A DNA stretch of 64,000 nt from Hydrolagus colliei (Eukaryota), in the NCBI GenBank assembly GCA_035084275.1, contig CM068771.1, positions 4,030,001-4,094,000 on the forward strand, given 5' to 3'. Below, one piece after another: positions 47,901-61,746 of the stretch. Position numbers and translations under genes: made by a program. Under the pieces are notes generated by a model. That model was given only the letters and a program-made list of their open reading frames with translations. It made no database searches and was not told the origin of the DNA. Position 1 is the stretch's first letter, and the number at the start of each line of letters is the position of its first letter.

Positions 47901-50900
47901 AGCCTCACCCGAGGAGGGAACGGCATCCGGGCGGGAGCGAAACAGCGAATCGGAAAACGGACTCGGATCGAAAAGGGGAAGCGAAAGGGAAGCCAAGGGC
48001 ACGGAGAGAGGCTTAGAGTTCAAAAGGAATGTAGGGGAATTCAGTCTGTGGTGACGGTGGGCGAGTGGGGGGGGTGGGGGGGTAGGGTTAGTGGGTGGCT
48101 GAAAAGAGCATTTAAATCTCGAGGGTCTCTCATTCCTCAATGCCGTGGTCCATGGGAGAGTGAACTCGTTAAGTGGAATGGGGTTCTGCAGCTCAGTGGT
48201 TAGAGCACTCGCCTTACAAGAGCAAGAGGACCTGGTTTCTCAAGCAGAGCAAGACATCCAGCAGATATCCTTCCTCCACACACACACTCTCAGTTCGTTT
48301 TTAGCAGTGAGCAGGAACCCACCCAGTTCTTGATCGATTGACAGATCGCTTTTCTGGGGGTAATAATTCCTTGTCGGCCGTGTCTTCAGCCACTACGCCC
48401 CGAGGCTCTGGAATTCCCTTCCTCACTCTCTCCGCCTCACCCCCTCTCTCTTCCCAGTTTCAAGTCCCAGCTGAAGACGTTTTATCTTCGACCGCGCCTT
48501 TGGTCACCTTTCTACCCCCTGCCCCCCCCCCCCCCCCCACCCCGGCTCGGTCCCGGGATCCATTACTGTGAAGCGCTCTGAGACGCCGTCCGACGTGGAG
48601 GGCTCTATACAAATCAAAGTTGTTGTTGTTAATAATAATAAATTGGTCACTCAATCCATCATTGTTTGTAGGACACTGCTGTGTGCAGTTGTCTGCTGTG
48701 TTTCGCCCACAAAATACACAGTGAATTCACTTTATGGTATATTCTGCGAACCACTATGAGATGTCTTGAAGACGTATCACCGCTGGAAAAGTGATTCGCC
48801 ATTTGATTAACAACTGGGTTCCTACTTACTGCTAGGTGGACAGAGGCATGTGAAGTAAGGAAACTTGCCCAAGGTTTCGGCCTGCACGTGAATCGAACCG
48901 AGGTCTCTCGCTTGCGAGTGCTCTGAACCACTGAGCTACAGGAGTCCACATCCTGCAACACAGACTTGTAGGAAATCCTTAAAATTCAGTCTTCATTCAG
49001 AAGCTGCTTCTCGTCAATTCTCCTCAATTTTTCTCGTCAATTTTTCTCGAGAAATTTGCTTCCAAATTGAGACACAATTTAAGTATTTGCTCCTCTCCGG
49101 TTAGCCAAAGTCTAGGAGCCTATTGTCGGACCTTGGCAGGCAGGCAGATCTGTGCCTCTCTCCTGGACAGGCCTGTGGGTATTGGGCACCTCACATACAT
49201 CCACACACACACACACATAAACACACTCCCACACACACAGACTGATTATGCTCCTGGGAATGTGCTCCCACACCCAACACCAGTAACGGACACATCTACA
49301 GCATGACGGCGTCTCTCCTCCCAATAACATCCCATTCCTGTCACGCAAACATTGGCATTTCCAAAGTACGTACATCGCCTCTCATCTTTGGAAACACAGC
49401 GATTTGAAGTTTAACCAGCGCTTGGAAGGATTGAACAAACCAATAATCCTTGCACTTGATGTAGTGCCTCATCAAGTCTTCGAGATGTCCCAAAGCGCTT
49501 CACTGAAGATACTGTAAAGTGAATCGACTGTGTATTTTGTAGGTGAAACGTGGCAGTTAATTGCACACAGCAGTGTCTCACAAACAGTTGTGGATTAAAG
49601 TGACCGATTTACCATCATAGAACATTTTTTTGTAGGAATTATTTACCCTGGAAAGCGATCCACCAATCTAGCAACCTGCCTTTAAAAAAGTAATGTGTAA
49701 TTATTTTTTCCCCCCAATTGTCTCCCCATATCCTCCCTCTACTCCCTGGTCTGGCCTAATTTACTAGTGGGTAGTTCCGCGAACATTTAGTTGGCCTTCG
49801 GTCTAATAGCCCCTCAACTACGGCGGTGGTGGCGAGGGGGAGATTGGGTCTCTCTCCCCACCCTTGGCTGCCATATATAGTTGCTGTGTTCGGCCTACAA
49901 AATATAGTCAATTCACGGTACAGAAAATTCTGTGACGAGCTTTGAGACGTGATATGGCGCTATATCAGATGCAAGGATCATGATCGTGTAACCTCCCTTT
50001 GCCCTGGTTGTATGGATGGAGCCATTGGCCTCAGCCACTGAGAGGGCCTCAGAGGGCCTCTGCTCCTTGTTACTCCTGCACTCACCTTACAAAGGCCTAA
50101 TAATAATCCCTCCCCCCCAAAAAAATTGGTAATTTCAACCCACGACTGTTTGTGGAGGACGCCGCTGTGCGCACAATTGTTTGTCGCATTTCGCCCACGA
50201 CTGTAGTCAATTCACTTCACAGTTCATTCCGTGAAGCGCTTTGCGACGTCTGGGAGCTGTGAAAAGCGCTAAATCAAATGCAGGAATTATTAATTAGTAT
50301 TATTATTATCGTCACTTTAACTGGAAGTTGTTGGCTACAGTTACATGATTCCGAGCCCTAGAGCAGAGAGTGAACACAGTCGGCTGACATTAAATATTGC
50401 TGCTGAATCAGTGTGTAACCAACGTGACTGATCGATTCTACCCGCTACATGTAAACGTGCTTCGTAAAGCCTCACTGTGTAACCTACCCGAAAGCTTTCA
50501 CCTCCAGTGAGTCTCAATTCCAGACACCGAATGCTAGCAGCGTTCAAAGTATATTAGCTGCTCTTTCGCCTGCAGGTAGGCGACCACCAAACTTTACAGA
50601 AACCTCTGTGAAGTCTTTCAAGACATTTGGAAGTTATAATAATAATAATAATGCTCGCTGATCGATATAACACTTAACCACGTCTTCGAGACGTTCTCAA
50701 AGAGTTTCACAGAATACACTGTCAAGGGAATTGACTGGATTTGGTGGCGAAAACATGGCAGCCAACTGCGCACAGCAGTGTCCCACAAACAGTTGTGGAA
50801 TTGCGTGACTCAACTATTCTTATTCTTATTTATTTATCGGAAGGGATTATTTTACCCCCAGGAAAAACGAACTGCCAATCGACTAACAAACCGGGTTCCC

Positions 50901-53691
50901 ACTTATTGCAATATAATCAGAGGCGTGGGGAGTAAGGAAAGTTGCCCAACATTTCGTCCTGTCCAATACAGAACCTTATCACACTGTTGAGATATCCTAA
51001 AGTGCTTCACAATATACTGACTGCGTATTTTGCTGACACTTTGAAAGAACCATCTCTGCAGTCCCACTCCTCCGCACAACCCCCTCGCCCACACACATAC
51101 AATTTTATATTTTTTCCTTCTTCACTACTTGACCATTCTCCCTTTCCAAACCCATTATGCATTCAGCTTCAACCAGCAATTTTGGTCTCGTGTTCCATAT
51201 CCTAATAACCCTGTGTGTGTGTGTGTGTGTGTGTCTGTGTGTCTGTGTGTGTGTGTGTGTGTGTAAAAAAAATCCTTTAATCTCTTGCTTCTCTTCGATA
51301 ATCATCTTAAATTGATGCCCTCTGGTTCCCGACTCAGAGACCGGCAGAAATAATTTCTTCCTATTTATTTTATCAGTCCCTCTCCCCCCCCTCCACCCCC
51401 CTCCTCAAATCCCCCCAACTGCAGTTGGCTGCAAGTCACTAGTGACCGGATTGCTGCTTTGAATGGGAAGCAGTGGTGAGAATAGGAAGTGGGGCAGACT
51501 CGTGTGGTTTGTTTAGTTAATGAGCGATTGGCATCTGCGACAGAGACGGCCCTCACAGGTAGTGAAACAAGGGAACTGTAAGGGCTTCAAGTTGACGTTT
51601 CCTGTCAACCCAAAGGGACGCAGGTTATTTTGATTGGGAGATAGACACATGGAAAGAATCTTGCAGGAAGCTGGACTGACTCTGACTCTTCTGATGTTCC
51701 TCTAAGTTGCGGCGTTAACTCAATCTCGTTTTAGTATTGCTTCCCTCCCACCCCCAACACACACATCACCGTTCACAAAGCCAATCTCTCAGGACTCCCT
51801 CCCTCCCTCCCTCCCTCCCTCCCTCCCTCCCTCCCTCGACTATCCCAGGAAAGTTGTACAAAAACCTCTCTAACTTAGTTCTAAAAGAATAATAATAATA
51901 ATACGACTAATAAGAATCCCTAAAAAAAAAGGTTTGTTTGCAATCCACGGCTGTTTGTGGGGGACGCTGCTGTGCGCAATCGGCTGCCGCGTCTCGCCCA
52001 CAAACGTACAGTCACTTCCCTTCTCGGTATATTCTGCGAAGCGCTTTGAGACGTCTGGAAGATGTGAAAAGCGCTGGGTCCAACGCAAGGATGATTAGCT
52101 ATTGTTACGATGAAGAAATTTCCATTCCACCAACTTGCTTCTTTCTGGCCTGGAGACGGTTGCTCCTGACAGTGACTGTTGACGTCTTGGTGCCGGTCGG
52201 AATTGGCCTTTTTCCCTTATAAGGCGATTGCAAAACTACTGACTTGAATGATTGTCCCCAAACCATAGAGAGAACTTCCTCTATTGATTGCGCGGAGATG
52301 GAATTCCTCCCTCCCCGTCATCAAGGGCGTTCAGATCAGTCGCCAAGATAAGACAATTGTGTCTTTCACACAATGAGTCTCTTGCAAAGCCATTTCCCTC
52401 GGCTGGAATTGCACAGTGGAAATGGTGTGTCGAGCTATCCATCAAGCTTTCCTGCTGCTTGTCCAGCTGAGACCACTCTATACCCATTAGTGCTTTGGCT
52501 TGTAGGGTTAACAGGGGCTGAGTGGGATGACTCCCTTCCCCTAGAGACTTGCAGGCATTTCCAGGACCTGCCTCTGAGCCAGGGCTGGGCTGTGCTGTCA
52601 TCGGCAGTGACCTGGAATCCAACACACGCCTGGCTCAGGAACCAGACTGGAGACCGTCACAGAGGAATTTTCCTTTGCCAAACGTAACAACGCTTGCGTT
52701 TGATATGGCACATTGTCAAATCTTTGCGATGTCTCACAGCGCTTCACAGAATAGACTGTATATCTCTGGAACTCCCTTCCTCACCCCCTTCATCTCACCC
52801 TCCCCCCCCCCCCCCCCCCCCACCACGCACCCCCAACCCCACCCCCTCTCTTCCTCGTTTCAGCTCTCAGCTGAAGACCTTTCTCTTCGACCGCTCCTTC
52901 GGTCACCTTTCTCCCCACCCACCCTCCCCCTGGCTCGCCCCCGGGATCTGTTATTGTGAAGCGCTCTGAGACGCCGTCCGGGGTGGAGTGAGGGCGTTAT
53001 ATAAATCCAAGTTGTTGTTAAAGTGAATTGACTATATTTTGCTGGCGAAACACGACAGCCAACTGCGTATGGCATTGTCCCACAAACAGTTACCGATTGA
53101 GTGACCAAATTATTATATATATTTTTTTGGGGGGAAGGAATTATTACCCTTGGTAAAGTGATATGCCTATCGATTAACGACCGGGTTCCTACTTATTGCT
53201 GGGCAAGCAGAGACTTGGGGAGTGAGGAAATTTGGCCAATGTTTCGCCCTGATGGGAATCGAACCCAGGTCCCTCGCTTGCGAAGCACGTGCTCTAATCA
53301 CAGAGGTTTCCACAATATCACCTTGGAGCCAGTTCAGCTTCAATGAGACTTCGCTTAACCCCCACCGCCCCACTCCCACCCCAGGGAGCATAGAATTGTT
53401 GTGTTGTGTGTGTGTGTGTGTGTGTAGTGAGTGGGATGTACCGGGAGAGGGCGCCACTGTGCCGCGTTGTGTGTGTTGGGGGGGGGTGGGGAGACATAAT
53501 TGAGTGAGCGGCACAGATTTGTTGTGTGAGTTTCATGCTGTCAGGAGACACTGGCCAGAGCTGTGCAGAAAGGAGATCTTTAACATTAACTCGCCTCCCG
53601 AGAGAGAGAAGGAAAGGCTGGAGGCTCTACTCGGATACAATGCATTGGAGCCTGGAGGTGGGAGAAGTGTAGCCTCACAGCCCTGAGCGCA

Positions 53692-53770
53692 CAACATCAG
53701 CCAAACAACATCAGCCAAACAACATCAGCCAAACAACATCAGCCAAACAACATCAGCCAAACAACATCAG
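53692..53770. repeat. 14-bp tandem repeat (AACATCAGCCAAAC)n, about 5.5 units
   Basis: Directly visible. Confidence 0.9.
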
Positions 53771-54043
53771 CAACAAAAACAGGGGGAAGGAAAGTTTGGT
53801 GGACAGTTTCCAGATTTGATTGTTCTCCTGTCCGGACAGAGAGTCTCAGTCAGAGAAGCTTCAGGACAAACCGGGGAGAGACAAAGGTAAGCCTGAGATG
53901 GTCAGGGGAGAACAGGGGAGGAATCATCGTTGATGTGAGTCTTTTTGATGTGAAAGGCGCTCTATAAATGTAAATTGTTGTTGTTGTTCGAACCTTGTCG
54001 GACGAGGGGAATTCTACTCGGTCTCAGCTCGTAGGGATCATTT

Positions 54044-54360
54044 GAGCTCCTGTAGCTCAGCGGTTAGAGCACTCGCCTTGCAAGCGTTGAGACCTGTGGT
54101 TCGAATCCAGGAGGGTCAGGGCGAAAGCTTGGGCAAGTTTCCTTACTCTAATAATAATCTCTCAGAAAAGAACACAACGATAATAAAAATTGGTCATTTT
54201 CAATCCACGACTCTTTGTGGGGGACGCTGCTGTGCGCAATCGGCTGCCGCGTTTCACCAACAAATATACAGTCACTTCAATGTACAGTATATTCTGTGAA
54301 GCGCTTTGAGACGTCGATAAAATTTGAAAAGCGTTATATGAAAATGTAAGGATTATTATT
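54044..54360 (+). mobile_element. Full-length tRNA-headed Deu-type SINE, representative of dozens of full and partial copies across the window
   Basis: Head with A/B boxes (tagctcagcggttagagc..ttcgaatcc); core GCTGCTGTGCGCAATCGGCTGCCGCGTTTC resembling the Deu domain; tail AAGCGCTTTGAGACGTC..AAGGATTATTATT. Confidence 0.85.
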
Positions 54361-56712
54361 GTTATTTTGCGTTTTCCAAAATACTACAGGGATCAGGAAT
54401 GCTATAGAGAAATTGTGAAAGCGTTCGTTTCTGAAGTCTTACTTATGAAAGGTTTTCTTTAGGATTACAGATTAAGACTGGAATTTAAGAACTTTCCACA
54501 TTTCTTGAATGGTTTAACACAAAGCCTTGAGACACAGGCTAAAGTGGAATTCCATTGTGTCATAAATTGCACAGAAAAGTTAGGTCGTTCTGTACTTCGA
54601 TTGGTGGAGTGTTTCTCTGGAGGGGTAATAATCCCGTCAAAAACAGTAACAATCAATAATAATCCTGTCACTCAATCCACCCTCTGTTTATACGAATAAT
54701 AATCCTTGCATTTATACAGCACTTTTCACATCTTATCGACGTCTCAAAGCGCTTCACAGAATGTACTGTAAAGTGAATTGACTGTATATTTGTGGGCGAA
54801 ACGCGGCAGCCGATTGCGCACAGCAGCGTCCCCCACAAACAGCCATGGATTGAAAAGGACCAATTTATTCTAGGAATTTTTTGGACGGATTATTATTGGG
54901 TGTGCTGACCTGGCTGGATTCAAAACACAGATCTCACGCTTGTAACGCGAGTGCTCTAACCCCTGAGCTATACGAGCACTACTGTTTGTGGGTTACTACT
55001 GTGTGCAATTGGCTGCTGAGTTTTCACCCATTGAATTGGCTTTACGGTTTATTCTGTGAAGCGAATTGAAATGTCTCGATACATGATAAGGCGCTATTTC
55101 AAACACAAGGATTATTATTGGGTAAGAAGTCTGATCGATGTGTTTTAATGTCCTATAGAGACTGAAGGTAGCTTGGAGCTCTATCAGTAAACATAGCAAT
55201 GTTTGTGGGGGACGCTGCTGTGCGCAATTGGCTGCCGCGTTTCGCCCACAAATATACAGTCAATTCACTTTACACTATATTCTGTGAAGCGCTTTGAGAC
55301 GTCTGGAACACGTGAAAAACTTTATATCATATGCAAGGATTATTATTATTAGTACCCGTAGTTTGCGCATTTTGAACGCCGCGTTTGGCCCGCAAAATAC
55401 GGAGACACTACACTTTACAGTGTATCCTGTGAAGCACTTTGAGATGTCACAAAGACTTGAAAACATTTACCGAATTAAAAATATATATATTTAAAATAAT
55501 TATAGCCAGAGTCTGCCAGAGGAATGAAATATGAGTGTTATGAGGAGAGAGGCTGTGTAGTCCTGTAACCATGGAATCCTATTGATTAGAGCACTCGCCT
55601 CGCACGCGTTTCCTGGACAGGGTGAAACCTTGGGCATGTTTCCTTACTCCACACGTCACCGTTTACCCAGCAGTAAGAAGGAACCTAGTTTTTCATTGAT
55701 CAGCAAATTGCTTTTCTGGGGTTAACAACACAAACAAAATGATACAGTAATTTGGTCACTCATTCCACGATGGTTTGGAGGAATCGTTGGGTGCCGTGTT
55801 TCCCCCATGAAATACACACTGGGTCGTATATTCTGCAAAGAGCTTTGAGACATCTCAACAATATGATAGGCGCGTGAACAGTTTGGTTTGGGGGATTGTT
55901 TGGGCCAGAAAGGGTGCCTTCGCTTATTTAACCGTCCACCTCTACAGTTTAAGAACTCATCCAAAGAACAGGACCTTTGATAATCCTTCAGAGACTCACA
56001 ACTCTGAGAGACGAGAGCGCAGACTGAACACACTGACCCAGCAAGTCAGTGTGCCAGTGCGTATATCAGTGTGTTTTTGCTGATTCACTGACTTGAGGGA
56101 AATAATCTATTATTGTTAACGCTTGGAAAACCCTCTGTTATCTTGAGGACCCTTGTCGAGACTCCTCTTAACTTTCTCAGTCAGATAATCCATCTGTTGA
56201 ATACCCAGTGGGCAGGTCAGTAAACCAGACTTTGGCTACAGTCAGTTGTGTGCTCTGAAGAACTATTTATTTTGCTGAAAGCTCCAGTAACCGACATTGT
56301 TCTGAAACATTTTCACACACAGAGTGGGGCCAGAGTGTGTAGTTCAGGTAGAGTCCATCGATTCCTTGTAAAGGGAAATGTGGAATCCTGAAGCTCAGTG
56401 GATAGGGCACTTGTCTCGCAAATGAGAGAACCTGGGTTTGACTTCTGGTCAGGGTAAAACCTTGGGCACGTTTCCTTCTCCATGTGCCTTTGTTTACCAG
56501 AGGTCACTAAGACCCCAGTTGTTAGACGATTGGCGAATCACTTTTCTTGGGATAATGATTCCTTTGAAATAAATAACACTAATTTGGCCACTCAATCCAT
56601 GACTGTTTGTGGGACACTGCTGTGCGCAATTGGCTGCCGCGTTTCGCCCACAAAATATAGAGTCAATTCAATATATTCTGTGATGTGCTTTGAGACGTCT
56701 CGATAAGACTCC

Positions 56713-57438
56713 ATATCAACAACAACAACAACTTAAACTTATAAAGCGCCTTTCACGTCGGGAGGACGTCCCAAGGCGCTGCACAGGAGGCGTGTGACCC
56801 GAGCTGGGAGGGGAGTGTTCAGGAAGGGGTGAAACACATAGGGGAGGTTGAAAAGTTCGGGGTGGAACAAAAGGCACGATCGAAGAGGAAAGTCTTCAAA
56901 CCGGCCTTGAAAGAGGAAAGGGAAGAAACAAGGCTGAGGGATTGGGGGATGGAATTCCACAGGGTGGGAGCGGAGAAGCTGAAAGCCCAGCCTCCGATGG
57001 TGGGGGGGTTCGGGCGGGGGCTTGGAGCAGGACAAGTCCTGCTGAACGGAGGGTCCGGGTGGGCTTGTAGGGGGAAAGTAAATCGGTTAAGTAGGGTGGG
57101 GCAAGGCCGTGTAAGGCCTTGTAGGTGAGGACGAGGATCTTGAACTCGATCCTCTGGAGGATGGGGAGCCAGTGGAGACGGGCGAGGGTGGGGGTTATGT
57201 GGTCGCGGAGGCGGGTGCGGGATAGTACACGGGCTGCAGAGTTTTGAATGACCTGCAGCCTGTGAATGGAGGAACTGGGGAGGCCGACGAGGAGAGAGTT
57301 TCCGTAGTCCAGCCGTGAGGTGATGTATGCGTGCACGAGTGTTTTGGCAGCGCGGGGGGTGAGATAGTTGCAGAGCCTGGCAATGTTACGTAGGTGGAAA
57401 TAAGCAGTGCCGGTCAAGGCGCGGCTGTGGGGGAGGAA
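56713..57438 (-). mobile_element. 5'-truncated young L2 LINE inserted in a SINE tail
   Basis: Encodes [29 protein letters not shown]..; (CAA)n tail on the plus strand; nearly identical to the other two young copies. Confidence 0.9.
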
Positions 57439-59248
57439 ATCAAATGCAAAGATTATTTTTTTCAGGTAAATATTTATTCGAAGAGGAGAAATATTAAAGG
57501 GTGGGGAGCAGGGAGCAGGAGAGTTCATATGAAGTAGTTAGCTACATAGAACATAAGAGTTAGGAGCAGGAATAGGCCATTCAGCCCCTCGAGCCTGGCC
57601 TGTGATATCTCAGAAATCTACCTTATCTGTGCCTTACACCTTGGCATGACCACACTGTCTTTCATTTTCTGAGTGTCAGCTCCATCTCACAACCATGTCT
57701 CCTGAATCCATCTAGACCCCGCTAGCTCCTGTAGCTCAGTGGTTAGAGTCACTCGCCTTACAAGCGTGAGACCTGTGTTTCGAATCCAGGCAGATCAGGG
57801 CCAAACCTTGGGCAAGTTTCCTTGCTCTACGCGTACGGTTCACTTCCAACAACGTAGCGCTTCTCCCGACACTGTGCAGGAGGGTCAGTTTACCAACCCA
57901 AATCAGGGTCTCGGGTGACCTCAGTAGGGTCGCAAAGTGCTTGTTTCTTTGTTAATGCTGAAAACTGCCGACCAACTTGTATGAAAGACCGTACTAACGA
58001 GTTGCGCTGAGTCCACAAAAGAGACGGAGATAACGTCTTAGCTGAGCTGAGCTTCGGTCTTCGCAGTCGCACCCTAAGGGTCGGGAGGACCTGTTTGTTG
58101 GTGGTCAATTGAGGGTAGCAGCCAAAAAAAGATTGGGAACCACTGGTCTAGACTGTGTGTTTCCCTATTTGTCTGTCACTACACTACATGGCTAGCGGTA
58201 CGGGGTGGGGGTGGGGTGGGGGGAGAGTGGAGAGTGGCGGAGTACAGTGATTCCTGGATTGAAGTGAACCAGCTAATCTTGTTAGATTTTGGCTCATCTT
58301 TTGCCTCTGGAGTATTTATTGGATTAAATCAAAATGGAATTGGCAGAGAAATAGGTCATTGCTGGCCACCAGGAGATGTAATTACTGATACAAAGGCCAG
58401 ATGTGCTTAAACCATCCCATCTGTATTGATCCCAAACTGCCCATCAAGATGTCTCCCTCACACTCAAACTCTCACCCATACTCACCCACACACGCTCTCA
58501 AACTCCCTCACACACACACACTGTCACTCACGTCCACCCACACACTCACTGAAATTCTCTGACACACATTCAAACTCTCATCCACACCCTCCCTCCCTCC
58601 CTCCCTCCCTCCCTCCCTCACTCACTCATTCACACTCTCAGATACATTCAAGCTCTCCCCCACACCCTCACTCAAACTCGTACACTTTCAAACTCTTACC
58701 CAAGCACACTCACTTAAACTCTCACTTATGTTTAAACCCTCCCTCCCTCACTCACAGACACACACACAAACACACACATACAAACATAGATACATATTTC
58801 TGCATATGCAGCGTTCAGTAGAAACCTGGTCAATTGGTGGATCGCTTTTCCGGGCGGTAATAATCCCTTTAAAAAATGATCATTTGGTCACTTCAATCCA
58901 CGTCAACCCAGTTTATGTGCAACTGCTGTGTGCAATTGGCTGCCGCGTTTCGCCCACAAATATACAGTCAATTCACTTTACAGTGTACTCTGTGAAGCAT
59001 TTTGAGACGTCTCAATGCGCTTCATAGAATACACTGTAAAGTGAATTGACTGTATATTTTGTGGGCAAAACGTGGCAGCCGATTTATTATTGTTTTTTTC
59101 GCGCAGGATTATTATCAGGTGTGTTGGAGTCAGGAAACATGCCCAAGGTTTCGACCTGCCTGGAATCGAACCCAGGTCTCTCGTTTGTGGGGCGGGTGCT
59201 CTAACCACAGAGCTACAGGGTTCCTTCCTGCCTTTTTACAATAAAAAC

Positions 59249-59286
59249 AGAAATGGCTGGGAGCACGCAACAGGTCAGGCAGCATC

Positions 59287-59319
<33 letters not shown>

Positions 59320-59450
59320 AGAGAGAGAGGAAAATCAGTTCAATAAATTTTGGTCAGAACTCTGGCAATTCCGTAATCGACCTGAAACGTTAACTCATCT
59401 CCCCCTCTCTCCATAGACGCTGCCTGACCTGCTTTGTGTTCCCAGCTGCT
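59249..59450. mobile_element. Inverted pair of Penelope-like terminal fragments around a (GA)n tract
   Basis: CTCTCTCCATAGA(C/T)GCTGCCTGACCTG occurs in both orientations, with GACCTGAAACGTTAAC. Family assignment is from recall of shark repeats. Confidence 0.45.
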
Positions 59451-60960
59451 TGTGTTTTCATTCCAACGTCTGCAATATTTCGCTTTTCGTCCTCAGACCT
59501 ATTCCCCCAGCGATGTTCAGGGAATTGTGCCAAGCCTCGCAGTGAGCTGGACATCCAGATTTCCCCATAAGCCTCTCCCTTCGGACCAATGAAATATTCC
59601 ATAAAGGTCAAAGAATCTTTGTGCTGACTCAATGTGAATATAACTGTGTGTGAGAGAGAGAGAGAAAGAGAGAGGGGGAAAGGGAGCACTGAGCCAGCCA
59701 GCCCACACATCGCTAACGTTCCTCTCTCTTCCCAGTGGATGCCCTAAGTATCCCACTGACGCTGCTCCCTCTTTATTTTTGTCTCTGTTTCTTTTCAACG
59801 CTGGAAGGAACAACTCACAAACAATCGTCCCGACGTTACAATTGCAGGGATTATTTTGTGGGGGAAAAAATGCCAGCGTTTTTGCGTACATCTACAAGCA
59901 AACCCGTCGATAATAATAAACATCCTTGCATTTGATATACAGCAAAAGCCCATTTATCCGGCATCCAATCAACAGCAACTTCCGTTTAACCGGCATCGCA
60001 AAAAAAAAGGCCCACATTCGATTAACCAGAATTTATCCGGGAAAATGCATTTAAGATTTTGTTTTGTTGTTGTTATCGATCGAATATCCAGCATTGGCCA
60101 GGTCCCTGATTAGATTTTGTGCCAGATGCAGAAGCCTATTATATATCATTTATATTATAATATAAATAATCCTTGCATTTGATATAGCGCTTTTTACGTC
60201 TTATCGACGCCTCAAAGCACCTCACAGAATATACTGTAAAGTGAATTGACTGTATGTTTTGTGGGCGAAACACGACAGCCAATTGCGCACAGCAGCGTCC
60301 CCCACAAACAGTCGTGAAATGATCAATTGTGTTTTTTATCACCAATCGTTTTGCTCTATCCCCCGAGAAGCGAACCCAGCGTCCTCTCGCTTACAAGATG
60401 AGCGCTCTGAGCACTGAGCTACGTGACTCCTGAAACAAGGATGTCAAATTGTCAGTTTCCTGCCTGCGGCTGAAGTTGTTAAAACAAACCTCTCTGCCAC
60501 GCTATCTGTCTCATCAAGCGGTAATTCTCAGCTCAAGGACAGCACCCGATGAAGAGTAAACACTGTGTAGACACTGATGACCCTGAGAGGGGCCTGCACT
60601 TTGGCTCCATTCAGTCAATAGGTCCCTCCCCCATCACCCGGGCTCTCACCAACCTGCAACAAATAGACCCCCAAGGCAACAAACCATACTTTGTATGTCA
60701 GAAAGATGTCCCAGATTACTGGATAGTCAATCAATCAATCAAAACTTGCATTTATATAGCGCCTTTTACATTGAGAGGACATCCGAAGGCGCTGTAGAGT
60801 CAGGTAGGGACAAGAGCAGGGGGGAAGGGGTCGGGGCAGGATGAAGGAGAGGAGGAAAACTGAATATCCAGCACAATCTTTAACCGGCATTGACCAGGTC
60901 CCGAGGGTGCCAGATAAATGGGCTTTTACTGTATTATTATCTCTCTTTCCATCATTGCAG

Positions 60961-61746
<786 letters not shown>

